NCBI GenBank assembly: GCA_003166335.1
Contig: PMWA01000066.1
Coordinates: 2,553 to 16,671, forward strand
DNA length: 14,119 nt
From: Methanobacterium sp.
GTDB lineage: Archaea > Methanobacteriota > Methanobacteria > Methanobacteriales > Methanobacteriaceae
Direction: 5' to 3'
A model generated the notes under the pieces. The model did not search any database, was not told the origin of the DNA, and saw only the letters and a list, made by a program, of their open reading frames with translations. A program made the translations under genes and the position numbers. Below are positions 8,179-14,119 of this stretch, piece by piece. Each line of letters begins with the position of its first letter. Within the stretch, counting starts at the first letter, position 1.

Positions 8179-9076
8179 ATAACTTCACCTTTATTCGCAT
8201 TAAATCCTCAGCTAGTATAGGATTTTCAAATATTTTTAAAGCTTCTTTCTCTAGTAAATCTGTATCCCTATACCTAGTACTGATATGTGTTAGAATCAAT
8301 TTCCTGACCTGTGCACTTTTAGCTATCTGAGACGCTTCAGATGCTGTTGAATGTCCATTTTCCAATGCCTTATCCTGATGACTATCATCAAAGGTTGATT
8401 CATGTATAAGCACATCAGCACGGAATGAAAAATTAATCATATTCGAGCAGGGTCTAGTGTCTCCAGAATAAACTATACGACGTCCTTTTCTCTCTTCCCC
8501 TAATACTTGTTCAGGCAGCACTGTCTCACCATTTAAATTTATGGGAATACCGGCCTGAAGCTTACCGAAATCAGGACCCGGTTTCACACCTAAGGCTATA
8601 GCTTTATCTAGTAAAAATTTAGGAGATCGTTTTTCTTCTATAGAATAGGCTAAATTAGGGACGGTATGTTTTGTGGGACAACAGGAAACCCGATAATCCT
8701 CATTCTCTATAACTAAACCTGAATCCAATTCATAAGTATGTATTGGAAAAGATAAATTAAAATATCCCAAATTCTTAATGCAATCCATTATTTGAGAAGT
8801 TCCTACAGGTCCAAATATATGTAATGGATTTTTTCGTCCCCTAAACGCCATAGATTGAACTAATCCTGGCAAACCGAGGAAATGATCACCATGAAAGTGA
8901 GTTAATAATATTTTATTAATTTTCATAGGACTCAACCTAGCTCGAGTCATTTGACGCTGTGTTCCTTCTCCACAATCCAAAAGAATTATCTCTCCAAAAG
9001 CTTTTAATGCTACGGCTGAATGATTCCTATCTTTAGTGGGAAGAGCTGAAGATGTTCCCAGGAAAATGAGTTCCAT
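8168..9076 (-). CDS. rnz: Ribonuclease Z (tRNA 3' endonuclease)
   Basis: 302 aa with [16 protein letters not shown], metallo-beta-lactamase motif THFHGDH, exosite GVKPGP, YSGDTRP, HEST, GHST and LTHISTRY. Confidence 0.97.
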   Translation of the reverse strand: MELIFLGTSSALPTKDRNHSAVALKAFGEIILLDCGEGTQRQMTRARLSPMKINKILLTHFHGDHFLGLPGLVQSMAFRGRKNPLHIFGPVGTSQIMDCIKNLGYFNLSFPIHTYELDSGLVIENEDYRVSCCPTKHTVPNLAYSIEEKRSPKFLLDKAIALGVKPGPDFGKLQAGIPINLNGETVLPEQVLGEERKGRRIVYSGDTRPCSNMINFSFRADVLIHESTFDDSHQDKALENGHSTASEASQIAKSAQVRKLILTHISTRYRDTDLLEKEALKIFENPILAEDLMRIKVKLFGN

Positions 9077-9371
9077 GATGTTTATACCTACTTAATATTA
9101 TTTAGCTTAAAATTTTTAGTATCTTATTGTTTGTTTTTTTTATTTAATGTTTCTAATAAATATTCTGGCAGTTGAGCATCCGTTATTAAATTGCCTAACA
9201 AAAGGGATGAATTTGGTAATTAAGGAAGAAGAGTTCATGTTCTATTTCTAGTATTACAATATTAATTATTAGAAATAGCTAATTTTAGCCGTCAAAGGAT
9301 CAAAAATATAATAAATAATAATTTTTTTTGAACTAAATTTTTAGGGTCGTATTTCTTTCTTATTTAATTAA

Positions 9372-11024
9372 TTATTCTGTGTAAAGACCGTTTTGTTTAA
9401 TATCCTTTGGTAATTGGGGTGAGAATGATTTTAAATTTTCAATTAATTCAGTTTCGTACTGTGGGGAAGTTGCATAAAATGATACCGTATCATTTCCAAG
9501 GATCACATCATGCGGAGTTGTCCATTCTCCAACTTTAATCCAATTTGAAGGTATATCTCCGACCCACCATTCTTCATAGATTATAGCTATTTGAACGTGG
9601 TGTTGGTTAGCTAAATTATTCAGTTCCTGTGCGTTAAAAGTATTGTTTTCATGGGCTTGTGCCACATCATTACTACTTAAACCCACTAAATCTAAACATT
9701 CGATATTTGTGAAATAATTAATAGCTCCAATATCATTAGCTGCAATCGAACCATTTGGATAATATTCACTTAAAAATGAAGCCATCTGATATTGTTGCTC
9801 ATAAATGTTATTAGTGGATTGGGGTATTATTGTTAAATAATACGTTTTAAATGCAAATGGAGATAATAAAAGGATTACTATTAAAGAAATTCCTAAGTAT
9901 TTCGGAATTGATTTCTTATTAAATTTAAAAGAAAATTTCTTTGGTAAGTAATCATACACTCCTAAAATTAACGCTATCAATCCCATAACAATCAAGTAAG
10001 ATGTGTATCTTAAAATCCAATCATTATTAATAAAAATAAGCTGTATGATGATCAGTAATCCACTGAGGATTAGCCAGATGGTAGGAACTTCCCATATTGT
10101 TTTACTCTTCTTAAAACGAAATGTAGCGATTGATAATAATATAAGAGCAAAAATCATTGCTAATAAATAAGTTATAATGGTGGAGATTGTATCAGGTAAA
10201 ATAGAGTAAAAGTAGGATAAGTAATTTATAGAAGTAGTAGTTATGGTGTTCGTAAAATAGGATTTAAGTATTACGGAGTTGGGGAGAAAAGACCATCCAT
10301 TTAGAACTGAAATTACCCCGTATACTGCTAAAGGAATAATTGCCAATGCTATAATCGGAAAAGAATACGTAAACTTTTTCTTTAAAATAAATAAAAATGC
10401 TATAAAAAAAATTAAAATTAAACTTTCATAACGAACCATTGCCAAAGGAACAGTTAAAATTAATAACAAATAATAATTCAGCGGTCTAATGCTTGAACTC
10501 GTTAAAATTTGAACTGAAAGAAAAACAAACGAAATAACAAGAATTATCTGCAAAATATGCTCCATTCCAATAAAAATAAGATAAGGAATCGGAGCAAAAA
10601 ATATAACGCCAAATAACACCATTAAATTATAAATAGGAATAATTCTATAAAATCTAAGAATATAATAAACCAAAAAAATAGTGATAGTACCCAAAATAAT
10701 ATTCAATATAAACGGAACAAACACATTCACCCCAATAATATAATAAATAAACGATAATAAGAGAGTCCACAGAAGAGATGATGAGGAAGAACTGAATCCA
10801 TATGGCGTCACACCCCATACACCATGCAATGCGAAATTTTTCGCAATCGACATATGAATATACGCATCATCAAGACCATAAACAAAATGACCCTGATTCA
10901 ACTTAAGCGAAACAACCAGAAATAATAAAGTAATTACCCAAAGTATAGACAAAGCTGTAACTAAAGGCCAATGCCGATGAAACATAGTATTCAGTTTACT
11001 CATTGTTTCTGTATAAATGTTCAT
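9372..11024 (-). CDS. Polytopic membrane protein, putative GT-C-fold glycosyltransferase (DDAYI type)
   Basis: 550 aa with about 11-12 hydrophobic segments. DDAYI follows TM1; also SSSSLLW, GME, RYE, LPNS..K and a C-terminal soluble domain with DIGAINYF...LDLVGL. This layout resembles lipid-linked-donor glycosyltransferases. The start could be the second Met (MSKL). Confidence 0.65.
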   Translation of the reverse strand: MNIYTETMSKLNTMFHRHWPLVTALSILWVITLLFLVVSLKLNQGHFVYGLDDAYIHMSIAKNFALHGVWGVTPYGFSSSSSSLLWTLLLSFIYYIIGVNVFVPFILNIILGTITIFLVYYILRFYRIIPIYNLMVLFGVIFFAPIPYLIFIGMEHILQIILVISFVFLSVQILTSSSIRPLNYYLLLILTVPLAMVRYESLILIFFIAFLFILKKKFTYSFPIIALAIIPLAVYGVISVLNGWSFLPNSVILKSYFTNTITTTSINYLSYFYSILPDTISTIITYLLAMIFALILLSIATFRFKKSKTIWEVPTIWLILSGLLIIIQLIFINNDWILRYTSYLIVMGLIALILGVYDYLPKKFSFKFNKKSIPKYLGISLIVILLLSPFAFKTYYLTIIPQSTNNIYEQQYQMASFLSEYYPNGSIAANDIGAINYFTNIECLDLVGLSSNDVAQAHENNTFNAQELNNLANQHHVQIAIIYEEWWVGDIPSNWIKVGEWTTPHDVILGNDTVSFYATSPQYETELIENLKSFSPQLPKDIKQNGLYTE

Positions 11025-11230
11025 AGTTTTTTATATGGGGAGCTTTAATGTATTTAAATGGTATGGAATAAATTGTTTATCAAGTCCGATTTCATATGTT
11101 TCTATTTAACTTAAAAAAAATTATTTTGTCTTGAGAATAATATTTTTTTTAACATAAACATAAATGTTTTTTAATTAAATCATATATCTTGTTTAACTAT
11201 ACATAATATTTTAATCTAATTTGTGATGTA

Positions 11231-12817
11231 ATGAAAATTAATAAAAATCAATTGAAAAGTCTAATTTGGGTTATACCGGCTATAATAGCCTTTTTTTTAA
11301 TCTTAATTCCAACTCTAAAATATCAGTGGCCATTAAGCTGGGATGCAATTTATCAAGTACAATATTCCCAGGTTTATGCGAAATATGGATTTGTATTAAT
11401 AAATCCACTTTTGAATGCACCATTTGGTCAAAGTATTAGTTATCCCCCACTTTTCGACTTTTTAATAGCTTTTTTAGGTATCGTAAGCAAAGTTAATTTA
11501 TTCCAAATTGCTCGGTTTCTTCAGCCTTTCTTAGGCATGTTCCTGATACTATCTGTTTCTTATGTAAGCCGCAAGTTTTATGGAACCATTGCAGGAGTAG
11601 CTACGGGTTTTTTAATCTTATCCAGTTTGTTGTTAGGTAATCGTATAATTTTTCCATTGCCCGAAAATCTGGCTTTAATATTTTTTCCTTTATCAGTTTA
11701 TTTCTATTATTATTCTCTAAAAGAAAAATCACTCAAATACGCCATTATAGCCGGATCTTTACTTATACTTATCCTTTTAATCCATCAAACTGCTCCTTTA
11801 ATCTTATTTTTAGTAATATCCATATTTACATTAATCGAATTGATTGTTTACAGGAATATTCGTGTTTTTAAAAATTACGGTGCGTTCCTTCTCTTACCCA
11901 TAGCATTACTTATATTAATAATAGGGTTATTAACGGGGTTGCCAAATATTTTTTCCAACGTTATACACCACGCAATTCAAGAAGCATTTGCCACTACTTC
12001 GATTATATCTAAGCCTTTAGATATATTGAGTTATGGAAATCTTGGTGTTTTAACTTTGATATTTGGCTTAATTGGGGTTATTACTGCAGTTAAAAGAAGG
12101 CAAAAAGAAGATATATTTATACTCAGTTGGATTATCGTGATTATTTTATTGATCAATGCCTACTTGTTTGGTTTAAACGGTATAAACAGTATATCTTATC
12201 GTTTGCTGGTTTATCTTTTAATACCCGTCTCCATTTTAGGAGGGTTTGGTGTTGCCACAGCCTACCATGAACTCAAGGATTATAAAAATTTCTCTTCAAA
12301 AAAATTCAGAAATGCATTTTTAATATCACTATTTGCATTAGCTACATTTTTCGGATTTTTAACGGTAGAAAATCCGTTAATAGCTTCTTTTGAAGTTACT
12401 AATCAATATGGAGCATTTCAAATCGCACCACCATCTCCTTCAGAGATGGATCTGGCGATCTGGTTCAATGAAAATGGCAATAAAAGTAAATCTATACTCT
12501 CCAATGATCTTTTTCCACTCACTTTTGTGACTACACAGACAGGAATGCCTCTTGCTAGTGATTCAGATTTCGAACATTTCAATAAAAACGTTTCTAAATC
12601 ATTCTTTGAAAAAAATAATATTGGTTACGTTGTATTAGATAAAAGATTATCATTCAATTCAAATAATGAAACGCTCTATAAAGTGGAATATGAAGGAGAA
12701 TTTTATAACCTATTTTATTACAGTGAAGACATTCCATCTAATCTTAATATAATACTCCCAAGCTACATGAAAGTTGTATATGAAAATAATGATTTTATAG
12801 TTTGCGAAGTCCAATAA
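11231..12817 (+). CDS. Polytopic membrane protein, putative GT-C-fold (STT3/PMT-like) glycosyltransferase
   Basis: 528 aa with about 12-13 TM-like segments. PLSWDAIYQ follows TM1; also YPPLF, LPENLAL, SYRLL and a C-terminal extracellular domain (ILSND...NIGYVV...[14 protein letters not shown]). Confidence 0.6.
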   Translation: MKINKNQLKSLIWVIPAIIAFFLILIPTLKYQWPLSWDAIYQVQYSQVYAKYGFVLINPLLNAPFGQSISYPPLFDFLIAFLGIVSKVNLFQIARFLQPFLGMFLILSVSYVSRKFYGTIAGVATGFLILSSLLLGNRIIFPLPENLALIFFPLSVYFYYYSLKEKSLKYAIIAGSLLILILLIHQTAPLILFLVISIFTLIELIVYRNIRVFKNYGAFLLLPIALLILIIGLLTGLPNIFSNVIHHAIQEAFATTSIISKPLDILSYGNLGVLTLIFGLIGVITAVKRRQKEDIFILSWIIVIILLINAYLFGLNGINSISYRLLVYLLIPVSILGGFGVATAYHELKDYKNFSSKKFRNAFLISLFALATFFGFLTVENPLIASFEVTNQYGAFQIAPPSPSEMDLAIWFNENGNKSKSILSNDLFPLTFVTTQTGMPLASDSDFEHFNKNVSKSFFEKNNIGYVVLDKRLSFNSNNETLYKVEYEGEFYNLFYYSEDIPSNLNIILPSYMKVVYENNDFIVCEVQ

Positions 12818-12935
12818 CTTATTAAGTTTGGAAAATCCTATTAATTTTTTAAAAAAAAATATAATAAATAAATATACTATGGATATTATTAGGAGTTTTT
12901 TTTTAGCTATCAAATTGAAATTTAGTGGGATTATT

Positions 12936-13775
12936 ATGAAGAATATGATTAATGATATAATTCAAATGTTAGACCAAGATATTGGATTCGAAGATCTAAC
13001 CACCAAAGCCCTCATACCTCCTGATTTAGAGATAAAAGCAAGAATAATATCTAAGGATGATGGAATTGCTGCTGGAGTAGGTCTAGTTTCAACTCTTCTA
13101 AAAGAATTTTCGTTAACTGTAGAAGTGGAAAAAGAAGACGGTGAAGATTTAAAGGCAGGAGATACTGTCATGAAGCTAAAGGGCAATGCATGCTCAATTC
13201 TAACTCTGGAAAGAACTGTTTTAAATATTCTAATGAGAATGAGTGGTATAGCCACTCTAACTTCGATGATGGTTAATGAAGCCCGGAAAGTAAATTCTAA
13301 GGTTATAGTAGCGGGGACTCGTAAAACTACTCCAGGATTACAATTTATGGAGAAGGATGCCATTCGTTTGGGTGGTGGAGATACTCATCGTTATCGTTTG
13401 GATGATTGTGTTCTTATAAAAGATAATCATCTTGCTTTGGTGGGTGATGTTAAAGTTGCGGTGGAAAAAGCTAAAGAGTATGTTAGCTTCACTAAAAAAA
13501 TTGAAGTAGAAGTTGAAAATCTCGATGATGCTATTATTGCAGCTAATTCTGGTGTTGATATCATTATGTTGGATAACATGGATTTTAACGATATAAAACT
13601 TGTTATAACCACTCTGGAAGCTGAAGGATGCAGAGATAAAGTGTTAATTGAGGTTTCAGGTGGAATAAATCTTAATAACATCGCAGAATATGCAAAAACC
13701 CGTGTTGATATTATTTCATCCGGTTATATTACACATTCAGCCCGTGCTTTAGATATGAGTCTTGAAATAGCTTGA
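12936..13775 (+). CDS. nadC: Nicotinate-nucleotide pyrophosphorylase (quinolinate phosphoribosyltransferase)
   Basis: Motifs [47 protein letters not shown] and SGGI. Start reassigned to ATG 12936 (GTGGGA upstream; 279 aa) instead of the TTG at 12828. Confidence 0.96.
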   Translation: MKNMINDIIQMLDQDIGFEDLTTKALIPPDLEIKARIISKDDGIAAGVGLVSTLLKEFSLTVEVEKEDGEDLKAGDTVMKLKGNACSILTLERTVLNILMRMSGIATLTSMMVNEARKVNSKVIVAGTRKTTPGLQFMEKDAIRLGGGDTHRYRLDDCVLIKDNHLALVGDVKVAVEKAKEYVSFTKKIEVEVENLDDAIIAANSGVDIIMLDNMDFNDIKLVITTLEAEGCRDKVLIEVSGGINLNNIAEYAKTRVDIISSGYITHSARALDMSLEIA

Positions 13776-13782
13776 GATTGAA

Positions 13783-13792
13783 TTTATTTTTT
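13783..13792 (+). terminator. Putative oligo-T terminator after nadC
   Basis: TTTATTTTTT a few nt after the TGA stop. Confidence 0.35.
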
Positions 13793-13993
13793 ATAAATTT
13801 ATTGATCTAAATAAAAGATGTAAATCTTTAAAAGTTTTTGATTATAGAATTTTAATTTCAGCTTTAATTATTAGTGGATAAGATGATTCAAGTGTTGGAA
13901 ATCTTATAAGAAAATTCATTTTAAGGAATATTTTAAATACTTTCTACAATAAATCATTATTAAATTAGAAATAATACATGGAGGTTCATTTTA

Positions 13994-14119
13994 ATGGATG
14001 AATTTACAGATCAAGTAACTGAATCTGAAGAAGAATTAAAAGAAGACGTTGAATCAGTCCAAGAGGAATCTGAAGAAATTGAATCAATCGAAGAGGAATC
14101 TGAAGAAGAAATTGAAGAG
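13994..14119 (+). CDS. 5' part of a protein with a highly acidic, repetitive N-terminus (partial, function unknown)
   Basis: GGAGGT RBS at 13980-13985 and ATG at 13994; open to the window end: MDEFTDQVTESEEELKEDVESVQEESEEIESIEEESEEEIEE. Confidence 0.8.
   Translation, partial: MDEFTDQVTESEEELKEDVESVQEESEEIESIEEESEEEIEE
14048..14107 (+). repeat. 30-nt in-frame tandem repeat, 2 copies with degenerate flanks
   Basis: GTTGAATCAGTCCAAGAGGAATCTGAAGAA followed by ATTGAATCAATCGAAGAGGAATCTGAAGAA (3 mismatches), encoding VESVQEESEE and IESIEEESEE. Confidence 0.8.

Noticed and set aside
9167..9300. Known riboswitch (SAM-II/V, fluoride, preQ1) or C/D-box sRNA
   Set aside because: Only superficial resemblance. 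The diagnostic conserved nucleotides and a proper RUGAUGA/CUGA box pair are absent, so it is kept only as an unassigned structure.
11111..11152. Inverted repeat TTAAAAAAAA...TTTTTTTTAA in the divergent promoter region
   Set aside because: Made almost entirely of A/T homopolymers, which is expected by chance in this background.
12828..12935. 36-codon N-terminal extension of NadC in the ORF track
   Set aside because: TTG start without an RBS, and the sequence looks intergenic (A and T runs). NadC similarity begins near ATG 12936/12945.
12710..13681. Minus-strand ORFs 12710-12913, 12962-13363 and 13427-13681
   Set aside because: They are antisense to nadC or to the end of the membrane gene and have no supporting features.
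14048..14119. CRISPR array, suggested by ~30-nt repeats containing GTTGAA/ATTGAA
   Set aside because: The units are directly adjacent with no spacers, stay in frame, and encode an acidic peptide downstream of an RBS and ATG.

Overview
AT-rich archaeal DNA. Gene content and GGTGA/GGAGG-type RBSs suggest a hydrogenotrophic methanogen, probably Methanobacteriaceae (inference). Minus strand, right to left: a GT-C-like membrane protein; rnz overlapping mscS; a tightly coupled four-gene cluster (2[4Fe-4S] ferredoxin, V4R-like protein, MvhG/VhcG-like small subunit, MvhA/VhcA-like large [NiFe]-hydrogenase subunit); a Roadblock/LC7 fusion protein; then rfcS and rfcL, the latter running off the left edge and absent from the ORF track. 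Plus strand: a second GT-C-like membrane protein divergent from the first, nadC, and the start of a very acidic repeat protein running off the right edge. The most notable element is the group 3c-like hydrogenase cluster. It has no mvhD, mvhB or hdr genes in the window; instead it has a ferredoxin, a translationally coupled V4R-like ligand-binding protein and a neighbouring Roadblock protein, so it is a candidate regulated or sensory hydrogenase module. Several structured or repeated elements lie in the intergenic regions. No tRNA, rRNA, CRISPR array or transposase was seen.
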